DNA of 64,000 nt, taken from the NCBI GenBank assembly GCA_013265495.1, contig MU058213.1, positions 6,774,066 through 6,838,065 of the forward strand, written 5' to 3'. Numbering within the stretch: the first letter of the stretch is position 1; each line of letters begins with the position of its first letter. The notes below the pieces were generated by a model. It saw only the letters and a program-made list of their open reading frames with translations. It was not told the DNA's origin and ran no database searches. Shown one piece after another: positions 25,102-38,499 of the stretch. A program made the position numbers and the translations under genes. Origin of the DNA: Vicugna vicugna. Lineage: Eukaryota.

Positions 25102-27699
25102 GAGAGTTATTACCCAAGTAGTGTGCTGGAAATTTCAGGTGCAGTACACACAAATGAGCACCTTGTCCATGACAGCTCAGAGGTAGCAGAAAGACTAAAA
25201 CAGCACTCCAAAGCCAAGCAAAGACAGGAACACCCCAAGATTCAAAGCAACCTAAAGCAAATCCAATATTATATTATTAACCTACATTAATACCCAGCAA
25301 ACTCAGGGATAGGTACAGATTTCAACCAACAGGAATGTATTCTTTATTTGAGAATTTCCGATTTAAATCAGTCTTCTCTGCCCCCATATTGTAAAGCCAT
25401 ATGATAACCACGCTAGCATCCAGGACAGAATCATTTCGCCACAAACCCTTCTTGAAGGCCTCTTCACTGTTTCAGGCTGTGTGTTTAGTGGGAAAGTGCA
25501 GTAGTCAAATGTCACAATAGGAGTTCAGATCATCAATGTATTACCACTCCCTTCGACTACCCTCCCTCCTGATATATTTAGCATCTTCCTTACTTCATAT
25601 AAATCCAATATAGCAGTAGCCTCTACCACTGCTCTTTAAGGCACACACATATATTGGAACTCACAATAAATTCTCCTTTAGAAAAAGGCATCATGGATTA
25701 CACGGTAATGCGGATCTACCACAGGTGGCCCCACCGTGTATGATGCCGTACGTCAACCAAGTCACCATTCCATTACACTTCACTGTACGTATAGCAGATA
25801 TCTTTACCACATGCCTCTTTACTTTAGTTAATGCAATATTGCATCAGGGGAGCCAGAAGACATACAACGTTTTAAGTGAAGGTTAAGCAAGTCTCTGGCA
25901 CTGTACTATGTAGTATACATTAAAACGGTAGAAAAGATGATTCCTTGCTCAGAGGACACTTAGCATCTGCTTGAGGAGAAAAAATTCCACACAGCAACTG
26001 GAAAACGATAGGAAAGGATACCTGGTGACATGCTAACACCACTCTGGTACTTCATTTTACTTCTTACACAAACGAAGGCAGCTTGAATACAAGGACTACA
26101 TTCAATTTCTTTAGGACTGTGAAAGCTCAACTGGTTTTGTTCATTTTTCAACTTGATGCCAATTTATTATTTAATATAATGAAAAATATGCCTGCCATAT
26201 ATACTGACTAGGACATGACTAGGACACTTCCGTTGCTTTGTCTGCCCTGTACTTGACCTGGGAGAAGAGGGCTACTCGGAAAGCCAAGTTATGTTTGGAT
26301 GCTTGCTTGGGGAGCACGAACTCAGTGCCAGGGGAGTTATGCAGATGATAGAAAAGTTTAATGGTGTCAACCAGGACAGTCCTTCCAGACAGCTCTCTGA
26401 GGATGGCTCATGGGACCTTACAGAAGCACAGAAAACCAGCTTTTGTGAAGTTGCACCCACCACCCCAACCTGAGAAGGCAAATTTGAATCAGTAAAGCTT
26501 TGTCCTCTCCAGCGCTGCTAGCCACAGATTCGCATTCTAGGTAATGCAGGTGCTTTTCGGAGCTTACCTAGGAATCAAGCAAGTCATACAACGCAATCTT
26601 AAAACACAGATCTGGAAAGAAGCATGTCTGCTTATAATGGTACCAGCCAGAAACCATTTTTTCCAGAAGCCTTTCCAATCCAGGTCTAAGTTACCTTCAC
26701 ACCTGCTTGTTCGCAGCACAATTTAGCCCAAATGGTGGAGAGCAGTGCATGTGCCTCTGGAACACGGCATTATTTATTAACAATCTGCCTCACTCACATC
26801 TGTGAGACATGGAAGCTCACCAATGGTTTATAAGACCATCGGTTTTAAATAACACCATCCATCACAAAAGGGAAAGGAGTGATCAACATCCCTTCAACTG
26901 CAATGCATTACACAAGGGTCAGCAAGTGGGAGTCACGGTTGGCGACACAATTGCTGGCCTCAGGTAGCAAATTCATCCTTCCAGCTGTTCTGATCCATAT
27001 GGGTTCAATGAACCACAGAGAGGGAGTGCAGCCTCTTCTTATTGGGAGTATCTGCTGTAACTCTTCCATCCAAACCCTATCATAAAACAACTGTAAGGTA
27101 AGCTGACATCCATTTATCTAAACTTTATCTGGTAGCCAACTTGCTGATGAAGAGGAAAACACGCACATTAATGAGCAGACAGATGTAAGAGGGAAATGAA
27201 GGTGTTCTTATCTTGAAGAAACCAAAGATTTAAAATGTAGGAAAAAATTGAAATTATTTAATCATCAAGTCAAAGCCAGATGGAAAGCCACCAGTGCTAT
27301 TTTTTTGCTGTTAAGCAAATTTCAGGGACAATATCAAATATCCTGGACAGTCCTGACACACAATTTCTTACACATCCAACTTTTAGGATAATATCCCACA
27401 ACCTTTCAGTTATCAAAAATCAAGATTCTCACTTTAGTTTCTAGGGCCTGGATATGGATTTCAAAATAGTATACTTAGTACATTTTCTTCTTGCATTTTG
27501 AGTCCCAATTTTAATTTTGCCCTCCAACCAGCAAATTTTTCACTCCCCACATTCCCCACTGGTATTTGACTTACAGCTTATATACAAATGTAAGATATAA
27601 GATGGTGTATAAGAGGATCCGGAGTGCTCCCTTAACACCTTGGACTTTCACATTCTTCACTTATACAACGGGATCACAGTAACTGTCCTCCTCTCCCCA

Positions 27700-27920
27700 C
27701 AGTGGTTCTCAACCAGGGATGAATTCCACCTCCCAGGGGATATGTGATAATATCTGAAGATATTTTCAGTCGTCACAGCTTAGGAGAAAGGAGTGCTGAT
27801 GGTGTCTAGCCGGCGGAGGCAAGGGCCACTACTAAGAGTTCCTCATTGTACAAGACAGCACCTAATAACAAAGAATGGTCCAGGCCAAAATGTCAATAAT
27901 GCTGAGGGTGAGAAATTCTG
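27700..27920 (+). mobile_element. MER20-like hAT-Charlie DNA transposon
   Basis: CAGTGGTTCTCAACC...CCAAAATGTCAATAATGCTGAGGGTGAGAAATTCTG, about 220 bp with imperfect TIRs. Confidence 0.85.
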
Positions 27921-28519
27921 CTTTAGTATCATGGTGTTATCGTAGAGATCAGATGCTTAGAGAAAGACTTTATAAGTAATAATAATAATAATAATAATAA
28001 TAAACCTTAATTTACGCTTGTCCTTATTTTACAACACAAATGAAATTCTCAGCAATGAATCATAAAGTAAGTGTGAGGGACCAATAATTGCCAAAGGAAT
28101 AAAAACCATCATTGAAAGGTGTAAGCCTAGAATTGGGGCGAGGCAGAGGCTGTGCTCATCACATCACTAAAAGCTCGGACATGAGCCTGGGTCACCAAGA
28201 TCACACTGCTCTCTCCACCCTGAACTTGGGCGGACCATCTGTTGGCTTCTGGCATGAGACCCTCTGGGAGGCTGGTGGATGTGCTCTGAAGCAAAGTCAG
28301 CGGGGTCACATTCATCTCTACTAGGCTGAGCAAGCAGAGTATAAAACACAAGCCAGCTGCTCAATCTTGAGTAATCAGGTTCTCCAAGAAGGGGTCTCTT
28401 AGGAGGAAAGGATGCTGGTGAGGTCATTCTGGGGGAGAGATTAACTAGACAGAGTATGTAGCAGAGAGGGACACGTCAGTGGGAGAGAGGATGCACAAAA
28501 TTGGCATCATCCCTAAAGC

Positions 28520-29010
28520 ATCTCCCTTTGGTGGCAGACCACACCATGGCCTGTGTATTCTCAGAACCATTCCTCACCCTTCCCTGCTCTCCTTTGGAAG
28601 GTAGTGCAGGCAGGTTTCCCTGTGCTCCCGTGTCAGCTGGTGTTCTGCAGGGTTTTCCACTGAGCAATGAGAGCCAGGAGGAAGGGAGAACTAGGAGTAT
28701 CTCTCCTTCCCTTCTCTGCCTCTGGTGCCTCCCTGGCAATGGCTGCATCACCCTCTTGGTGTCAGTGTCCTTTGTGGTTTCAGATCTACCAGGCACTCCC
28801 AGGTCCTGAGCTGTGGTAGGTATTACCACTTCCTCCTTTCACCCCCCGAGTCTAGAGGTGTGGCTTCCTGCTGCTGCTAACCCTTGGGTTGCCTTCAACT
28901 CCTCCTTTTATCTTCTAGACTGTTCTGGCACCTGTGTCACCAATTCCCTGCAGTAAGTTCCCTCTGATTTTAGTAGAGTGGCTCCTCTTTCCTGGCTGGA
29001 TTTTAAGTGC
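28520..29010 (+). mobile_element. LTR33-like ERVL solo LTR
   Basis: GGCTTCCTGCTGCTGCTAACCCTTGGGTTGCC and CTGTGTCACCAATTCCCTGCAGTAAGTTCCCTCTG. Confidence 0.65.
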
Positions 29011-29516
29011 TATGTTCAGGGTAGAAAGTTGGGCATGGCAGCGTGACAGCTGGAGCTCACGCAGGTAAGCAGGCAAAACAAGAGTATGGCAACAATAGCA
29101 GACAGAGAAGCTGACATTTACCTGCCAACAAATACTTGTTAAGCCCCCACTACGTGTTGGGAATTGTGCTGGGTATGGGAATTGCTGTGAGCAAAAACAT
29201 ACACCACTTCCAGTCTCCAACGAATAATAACATAAGTAACTGTACAATTATTATATAATACTGAGTTGCTCTAATTGTGATTTTTTTTTATATTCAAGAA
29301 TTTCTGTAACTGAAATAAACACAAGAAAACAACACAAGTTCTTCCATTAAAGAGCTGAGCTGAGGTGGATTCAGCCTAGTAACATGTTGAAGAGAGAAGC
29401 TACAACTCTCCAGGTTTATCATTTCTAATATGAACATCACTAAGCTGCTTTTCTAAACCCCCAAACAGCCAACCCAGCTACCTTCTACTCCTTAGAGTGA
29501 TGCTGGGGGAGCAATA

Positions 29517-29622
29517 TATTTTTTTTATTGAACTATAGTCAGTTACCAATGTTGTGTCAATTTCTGGTGTACAGCATAATGTTTCTGTCATACACATACA
29601 TACATATATTCATTTTCATATT
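29517..29622 (-). mobile_element. Short L1 3' end insertion
   Basis: polyT followed by ATTGAACTATAGTCAGTTACCAATGTTGTGTCAATTTCTGGTGTACAGCA, the reverse complement of the L1 3' terminus seen elsewhere in the window. Confidence 0.8.
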
Positions 29623-32444
29623 CGGATTTTTAAAAAGAGTCTTTTCCAGTTTAAAGTCCTACATCAGAGTCAAGAAAAATTAACAGATCTTTGATGAGAG
29701 GTTTCCCGGATGACCAAGTGATCCTGTTAGCCAACCAGTTACACAGGAATATTTACATAAAGAAAGAGAAAGCAGTTTTAAGGATGCTCTAATGACTCAA
29801 GACATGAAATACATTCATTCTGGGAGCTGTTTGAAGGAGAGAGTGAAACATAAATATAACGAAAAAACTAAATTGTTAAGCCAACGGAAGAGACTCAAAA
29901 TGAAAGTCTATTCATACATATTTGCAAGACCCTCCCCTTGAAATCAACAGGCACTACATGTACAGCTAAGCACATTGTATTTACATATTTCTTCCATTTC
30001 TGATTTGAAGTAATTTTTGTACAACAATAGAATAGAATAGATTTTTGTAGATTAGTCACTGTTTTTATCTAAGTTGTTCTAATCTGTTTCATGAAACCCA
30101 CAGTGGTCCCATTAAGGTTTAATTGCTTCTTAAAAAGTGATACTGAGGCACTCGTAAAGTGAATTGTCCCCAAATTATCTTATAAATCAGTGGCTGATTA
30201 AGAAATACAGATTTTTTATTTCTACAAAATGTTACTCTTCAAAGATGCAAGAATGATCAAATTCCCTCTGTGTAATAACACCTTCGGGCTTAACCGCACA
30301 AAACTTCTTCACTAAGACTCCTTTTCTAGAGATATACACAAAATACAATTCTTAGGAAAAGGAAAATAAAACCTTTGGTGTGGTACAGCTTCTACTAAAA
30401 ATGCAACTTCTTTAGAGAGAAATAGTGAAGATCAGTAGCTGGTTAGCAGCTGAATAATTACATTAAATATATTCACCTCAGTGAAGACTGTAAACAAAGA
30501 GATATGAACTAATTTTTTCACAAGTACCCTGCTGTGATACCAGCTGATCAGGTTTAATAACAACCAGCATTTCTACTAATTTTGCAAGAAAGATATGTTG
30601 GGGATAATTCCATCTTCTAGAGCGAGTGTAAATAATCTCTTCAGCAGCGAGATTACAATGACACCATGTAGCATAACGACTAGCGATCAACTCAGAATTT
30701 TTAGAGCTGTAGTATTTGCGAATTAAAGGATTACTGTTAACTTCAGTAAATACAGAAAATAAACTTGATTAGCAGAATGCATTAATACCAAATCAGCTTT
30801 GCCCATAACGTGTTCCCTGGTACATCCCAAGGTGTCTGTCTCACTCTCTTTCTCAAGAGAACCCCAAAGGAAAACACTTGTCATTCTAATTGTATTATTT
30901 TAATATTCATCTTGTAAACAATGAAATGTTTTTGCATGAAGGTAAAAATTCAGGTTGCTTTTTAAATAAACCCCCAAGGAAATGGGGAATCAGAAAATCT
31001 AGTTTATTTTCTAACTGATAAAGGAGAACACCAGAGGAACCACAGGCATTATGACATTATGATTTTCTTTTTATTGTTTATATACACTTATGTAAAAGGA
31101 GAAGGCTCTGCAATTACTCCTCTTGGTAATGTACAAACCCTGAAAGGCATTTTCACATAGCATAAATACACTATAGATAAAAGAAAAAATCTGAATTTTT
31201 TAAAGTTCAGCCTTTTGAATGTATATACTTAATTATACTAGTTTCATGGTTTAGAAACAAAAATGGGGCCAGAAATGCATAGGTATCTCAATAGCCAAAA
31301 ACATGGTGCAACCAGTAAAATGCAAACAAGAATGAAGAACCAACAAAGTATTAGAAGGAATCTAGTCACCCATTCCCATAGGTGCTTTGCAATTTCACGA
31401 TCATGGTCATACCCTCTACTGATGATGCCATGCTTAACTATCAGGATACAATAAAGTGCAACATAATAGAGGAATTACCAAGTTATGATACTTAAAAATG
31501 TATCTAAAGGTGAAGATAATATGATAATAAGATATAATAATATTCCAGGAGAGTTTATTCCTATTCAGGGATAATGAAATACATAAGGAAAAGTTTTTCT
31601 CTCTGGCAAATGAGAATGAAAGTAATTATTTTTGCAAAGTACTTCACACACAAGAGGAAGGAAATATTTGAACATATTTAATTTAATATGTTTCTAATTC
31701 CTCAAACTCCTGCCTCTTAAGTTAGTCTTCAAAACCTCTGCAAAGCACAGAAACTCAATTTATTACAAAGGATTAGACTAATTCAAGAAAAGAAAATCAC
31801 AAATGTTTACTGCCTATTTAGAGAGAGCTTATAAGGATAGAATTTTATTCCTAAGAGGTACTGAATGTTCTCTGTTGAAGTGGGAGGTACACATTCTGAT
31901 ACCAGCCATATACAGATATTTCTTATTCTCATTGTGTACTAAATTTTGATTTTGATAAAAGATTCACTCACATTTTATATGAAGTCACTGACGATTTATC
32001 ATATAAAAATTTTAAGTTGTCAAATACTGAGTATGCCATTTAAATGGTCACTTGTGCAATTCCTAAAGTTCAATTGGTAATTAGGAAGAAAAAAGTTTTT
32101 AGTAAGAGTTTAAGTGAGCAGGAAGGCAGTGTATTTTCTAGGAAACATAATCTCAAGCATCCCAATACTATATATTTCCTTAGAATAACTTTATGTATAT
32201 AAAGCATGATTTTTAAAACATGATTTTTATTGCAAAATATGAGATCCTGTAAGAAAAATAAAGGACTGATATTCTTCCTGTTGCAAGAATGTTGAAAAGT
32301 GGAGACTCTCAGTTGGTCTTAAACTTAAGAAGACTTTGTGACATTTCAAAATGAAAAAAAACAAAACTCTTTAATTAACTTCCTAGAAAAGAAGATATTC
32401 TATTAAATTAAACTTTTTCTTTCACAATAGATTTTATTCATAGA

Positions 32445-35400
32445 CAGACTTCTGTTTTGCCCATGAAAAAGTAACTGCTGTGGTAATTGCCCTCCCACTC
32501 TAAACAACTAGATATCCTTGCAAAATACATTTAAATACTGTTTTAGGCAGAGGAAGACTGTGGTCCCTGAGCAACAGAAAACAAATGAGGGACACCCTAA
32601 GATTATCCCAGCTCACTGCCTAGAGGTAGTTTCTAGGCCACCACCCAAGGAGAAAGAATGTAAACAAAGTCCAGCAGTGTCCCTGGGCTAAGGTGACAGA
32701 AATTGGAGTTTCGGAAAACATCTAGGTTGTTTTAGGTATCTAGATTTTGCAGGCTTGATTACTGAAGATCTGCTGAGGAGATTCCTGGAGTCTTTAGCTG
32801 AATAGAGATTTATCCATGAGGTCATGGAAAGAACCACCAGAAAGCAGTAAGCAGAACAATTAATGGGGCTCACACAGAATTAGGGATCACTTCCTTTTCC
32901 ACTAAGCGAAGTGGAGGCATCTTGTAATACACAGAGCATCCGGTAGAATTCTCTGAGGTGTCGCATCTTAGTAGTCAGACTAAAATAGCCCTAGAGTAAA
33001 GGCTGCTCTGAACCAACCACAATAAAGCTTAAAAATCAAGACTCAGAAGGATCTAAATGGTTTAAATACTTCATTTTGTCCAATAGTCTTTCAAATGTCT
33101 TTCAGCACTCAACAATATAAATTTGCAATGACTGGCATCAGATCAAAAATTACCTGGCAAGCAAAAACAAAAACAAAACAAAAAGAAAAACATAATCAAG
33201 AGAAAAATCCTTCAATAAAAACAGACCCAGGAAGGACAGAGATAACTACTTAGCGTATAAAGACTAAAATGAAACATCTAAACATGAAAAACACAATATT
33301 AGAAATGAAAAGGTACCAAACAGTATTAACAATAGACTAGACACTACAGAAGAACTAATCAGGACCCTGAAGATAGAGGAATAAATTTATCTAAAATGAG
33401 GCAAAAGGGGAAAATGACTGATAAAAATCAGTGATTCGTGAGACAGTATCAAGCAAGGTAACAAATATTAAATTAGAGTTCCAGAAGGAAGCAGGGGCAG
33501 AAACAAACAAAACTTTGCAGAATAATGCCCAATTTTTTTCCAAATGTGATGAAAACAAAGTCACAGATCCAAAGAGCTCAACGAAGTCTAACCAGAGTAA
33601 GAAAACATACAAAAGCATACACATCACATGAAAATCCAGTTACTGAAACTAGTGGTGAAATCTTAAAAGCAACCAGAGAGAAAATAATGCAATCCACACA
33701 GGGGAACAAAAATGAGAACTAACAGAGACTTTTCATAAGAAACCATGCAAATCAGAAGACAATGGAACAGAAATTCTCAAGTACTGAAAGAAAAAAAAAA
33801 AACTTGATACTCTAGAATTTTAAACCCAGTGAAAATATCATTCAAAATTTAAGTCAAAATAAATGTTTTCAAACAAAGAATAAACAAGGGATAAAGACGG
33901 ACATTACATAAAGCAATTAATTGATGAAGAAAGCATAGCAATACTAAATATATATGCAAGAAAAACAGAAATTCAAAATACACAAAGCCAAAGACTAACA
34001 GCACTACAAGAAGAAATAGACAAATCTGCAATTTTAGTTAGAGACTCCAGTAAGATCCTGTCTCAGTAACTGTTAAAACAAGTAAACAAAAAAATCACAG
34101 TAAGGATATAGAAGACTTTGAACAACACTCTGTCATCTTGACCTAACTGACACTAATAGAACACTTCATCTAACAGCAACAGAGTAAACATTTTTTCAAG
34201 TGTACGTGGAACATTCACCAAAATAATCCATATACTATGCCATTAAAAGGTCTCAGTAAATATAGTAGGATTAAAAACATACAAAGTATAGTTTCTGACA
34301 GCAATGGATGTAAACTAGAAATCAGTTTTAAAATCTGGAAATACCCAAACAATTAAAAATTAAACAACCCTTCTAAATAACACATGAATCAAAGAAGAAA
34401 TCGCAAGGAAAGTTAAAAAAAATTTCAAACTGAATGAAAATGAAATGTAACATATCAAGGTTATACATGAAGCTAAAGCAGTCTTTACAGTAAATTGGGG
34501 GATGGTATAGCTCAAGTGGTAGAGTGCATACTTAGCATACACTCCTGGGTTCAATCCCCAGTACCCCCATTGACAAACCAAATAAATAAATTAATTAAAC
34601 TGACTATAACTCAATTTAAAAATGTTAAAAAAAATTAAGTAAATTGAAAGTATTAAATGCCTATATTAGAAAAAAGGGGTCTCAATTCAATAACCTAAGC
34701 CTCTACCTTCAATAAAAAAGAAAATATTTAAAAAATGAAGTAAACCTACTAGAAGCTGGAGGAAGGAAATAACATCAGAGCAGAATTCAGTGAAATAGAA
34801 AACAGAAAAAAATAGACATCGATGAACCCAAAAGCTGATTCTTTGAAAATATCAGTAAAATTGATAAACCTCTAACCAGTTATAATCAAGAAAAAAATAA
34901 GAGACTAAAAAAAAAAGGAAATATTATAACCAACTTTACAGTAACAAATTAATCAACTTGAATGAAATGACAAATTTCCTTAAAAACAAATTACCAAAGC
35001 CCCTTTACAGATCACCTGAATACCATGATATCTAATAAAGAAACTGAAGTCTTAGGTAACAACCTTCCCACAAAAAACAAAAACAAAACAAACAAACAAA
35101 AAAACTCCTCCAGGCCCAGAAGGTTTCACTGATGAATTCTACCAAGCATTTAAGGAAAAAATAGTATTAATTCTACACAGACTTTTTCATAAAATAGAAG
35201 AGAAGGAACTATATTCCAAATCACTTTATGAGATCATCATTGCTCTGATCCCAAAACCAAAAACCATACAAGAAAACTACAAATTTCTTCAGCGAACTCA
35301 ATCTAGGAATATAAAAAAGAATAATATATCATGACTAAGTGGGTTAATTTAATACTAAGTGTCAACCAATATATTCACAATATTAACAGACTGAGGAAAA

Positions 35401-35725
35401 TCATATGATCATCTCACAGATGCAGTCAAAGTATCTGATACACTTTGATATCCATTTATGATTTAAAAAAAATCTCAGAAAACTAAAAATAGTGGGAACT
35501 GCCTCAATCTCATTAAAAAATCTATGAAAAACCTACAAGTATCATATGTAATGGTGGAAAACTGAATGTTTCCACCATAAGATTAAGAACAAAGTAAGGA
35601 TGTGCACGCTCACATTTCTCTTCAGCATTTTATGGGAGGTCCTAGACAGTGCAATAAGGCAAGAAAGAGAAATAAAAAGCATAGAGATTGGAAAGGAAGA
35701 AGTAAAGCTGCTTTTGTTCATAGCA
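32445..35725 (+). mobile_element. Old L1 (5' UTR, ORF1, ORF2 EN to RT), 3'-truncated and heavily decayed
   Basis: Collinear ORF1 (GEILKATREK), EN and RT motifs ending GGAAAGGAAGAAGTAAAGCTG. Confidence 0.8.
34498..34637 (+). mobile_element. vic-1-like SINE with an L1-derived 3' tail
   Basis: GGGGATGGTATAGCTCAAGTGGTAGAG...GGGTTCAATCCCC. TSD AGTAAATTG at 34489-34497 and 34638-34646. Confidence 0.85.
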
Positions 35726-35954
35726 GCAACAGGAAAAAAGTATATTATTGGCCCTGTTTTACAAGCAGAAACTTAGTCTGAGAGATGAAGTCACTTGCCC
35801 AAGCCTACTCTGCTGGTAAGTAGCAAAGATAGGAGTTTAAGCCAAGTCTTTTGAGGCTAAGATCAGGGAATTATTTACTACACTATGGATGCCTTCAGGT
35901 GACCTGGAAACAGTTTCAAAGATAAAGAATGAAATTATATGGAAGATGGGCTGG

Positions 35955-36136
35955 AGGTGGTACCACACTAGAGCTGGCTTCTATAAGTTTCCAAAAGTCA
36001 CTGTGCTCGTCTCCTCCCAAGTGATGTCAAGTCATGGCTTGAAATCAGTCATGGTGGCAGTATTTGCACTGCAGAAAGTAGCAAATACTACAGCTGAAGA
36101 CTTTTCCCCACCAAGAGCCAGCTTCCTAGCGCACCA
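35955..36136. mobile_element. MER63-like hAT DNA transposon fragment
   Basis: AAATCAGTCATGGTGGCAGTATTTGCACTGCAGAAAGTAGCAAATACTACA resembles the MER63 core. Confidence 0.55.
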
Positions 36137-36489
36137 ATGAATGAGCAGTAGGGGGTACAGCGGCCACCGGCTGCAGTGGTAAGAATCTTTTAAAGCTCTA
36201 GCTTCGTTTCTAACTGTATGACCTTTAGCAAACCACATAACCTCTCTGGGTCCCAGCATTTTCAGCTATGCACAGGAACACTCCAATTTCAACTATGAAA
36301 CAGAAGTCAAATCTCAAACTCTGGAAGCAGAGAGATTTGAGATCCCATCCTACCTACCATCCTGGGAACCTTTGGGTTTCCCAAGCCCTCTCCCCACCTT
36401 TGTTTCTTTACCTCTACAACAGGGTGGAAGCCAGGCCTACCCTCAAGGCATTTGTCTATCAGAGTTTATCTATAGATAGTTACGGCATT

Positions 36490-36870
36490 TGAAATTAAAA
36501 CCAGGAAATTTTAAAACATTATTATTTCACTTAATAATAAAGCCATTACATAAATAACACATTTTTATGAAAAATATACATTCTCAACAAAAAAGGAGAA
36601 AAATATTACTGTTTTACATTTTTGAAAATTTGTTTCATGTCTGACTTAATGGAAAACAACAGGATTCTCATGTCTGTTTCTATATTCAATCCGTTTCAAA
36701 AACCATGTCATGATGCTTCTGGAAAACTCCACTGTACACAAGTTAAAGAACCAAAGTAGAAAAAGGTAATAATGTTTTGTGTTATTGTGAAGAGAGTTTG
36801 GACCTCATGAAACCCATGGACAGCTCTGAGAGAACTCAGGTTCCCAGAACTACACTTTCAGAAGTGCTAG
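36490..36870. mobile_element. hAT-Charlie DNA transposon fragment
   Basis: GGATTCTCATGTCTGTTTCTATATTCAATC...CCAGAACTACACTTTCAGAAGTGCT terminus. Confidence 0.55.
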
Positions 36871-37147
36871 CCTAACACAAAGCACTCAGTGGCTATTAGC
36901 CACTTTCATCCAGATTCCATTCCACTATGAGTTACTGCGAGGGTCAAATGAGAGGATGTATTTTTGAAAAGAATTTGGAATCATGAAGAACTCATAACAG
37001 GAGAAAAACTCCAGTCTGAGAAGGTGGTGCCTATTCTTGAGTATGTATTTTCTTTTACCAAGTGAAATTGACAGTGAAATGAATTTATCAGAGTTCTGCT
37101 TTGCTATTTAATGGCCTAGAACTGAATTAGTCCTCAGAAATGCTTAT

Positions 37148-37267
37148 GGAAGGAAGGGAGGGAGGGAGGGAAGGAAAGGAAAGGAAAGGAAAAGGAAGGG
37201 AAGGGAAGGGAAGGGGAGGAAAGGAGAGGAGAGGAGAGGAGAGGAGAGGAGAGGAGAGGAGAGGAGG
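37148..37267. repeat. Purine-only compound microsatellite (GGGA/GGAAA/GGGAA/GGAGA)n
   Basis: About 120 nt of A and G only. Confidence 0.95.
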
Positions 37268-38434
37268 CAGGCTGTCTGACTTCTAAGATTTCTTAAAGGC
37301 TTAGGGATATGATGATGGAGACATTACTTTAGGTCTTCACCCTAAGACTGGCAGGCTCTAGAAGCCCTGAAAAGTATCCCGACACAAGTGTGCAATCACC
37401 AAAGCAATATACAGTGCCCACCAGGGAAGAAAATGAAATTCCTTGGGACCCAAAGCCTAAGAGCTACCCAAACGGCCCTTCACGCTAAGGGACCAATTTT
37501 GAGTTGCTCCTCCTAGTGAGGAGAAATAGAAGAAGAGGCAAGATTTTCAGCATGAAAGCTACTCTGGATCTCATGACAATAGGAAAAGTATATTAGTGGT
37601 GACCCCTTCAGAAGTTAGATCAAACAGACCTAAGACCAAAAAAAAGTATGGATTCACAAACAGCCCAGAGCTCACACAAAGAGAAGATTCCATCTCTCTT
37701 CTTTTCCTCCTCCTCCTCCTCCCCTTCCCCTTTTCTCTTTCTCCTTCTATCCTTCCATGCCATGCACTCTGCTTTTGCCTCAGAAGCTCCTACAGACAGT
37801 CCTTAACTGCAAGAAGTCCCAAGAGAAAGCGCTTTCCAAGCAGCGCAAAGTCCTGGTTTGCACCTTATTTACCCAGCTTGTATTTCTGTATCCATCCTTA
37901 CCGGAGGACAACAGTACTGAATTAAATTGAACTGTTAGTAATCCAAAATGATTTCTTAAATGCCTTAGGCTTTTTGTTCTGAACTTCACCTGGCATCAGA
38001 TTGCAATACAAAGAATGTCCACTTATAAAGTACTGTAAGTCAATCCAACCAATCTATCCAAGGTCAAAACAGGTATGTCTGTAGCACTCATCTGCACAAG
38101 CACAATTGGCAAAGTTTGTTAGTGAGGTGCTGGCCTGGTCACCCTGTGGTCTAGCAGGATGGAGGCCAAAAAATTACTTTGTGTACACAAGTCACACCGT
38201 GCCTTGAAAGACATATTTCCTGTTTCATTAAAATGTATTATGTTGGACAATCCTAAGATGTTTACTAGAGTTTGGCCTCTGCAATTTCTTAGAGCCACAG
38301 GGCACAGAAGTGCTTTCTCGCAAACCAAAGTGTCACAATGGCATTTAATAGCCTCTTTTGACAACATCACATTGGGTTTATCATGTCTGGCTCATTTAGA
38401 AAATTATTTCACATTAAATGCATTACCTTTTAAA

Positions 38435-38499
38435 AATGTATTTATTTGTTTTTAAATGCAGGTACTGGGAATTGAACCCAGGACCTCATCCCCTCCCCC
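38435..38499 (-). mobile_element. Internally deleted vic-1-like SINE (65 bp)
   Basis: B box retained, A-box region absent. 20-bp TSD TAAATGCATTACCTTTTAAA at 38415-38434 and 38500-38519. Confidence 0.85.
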
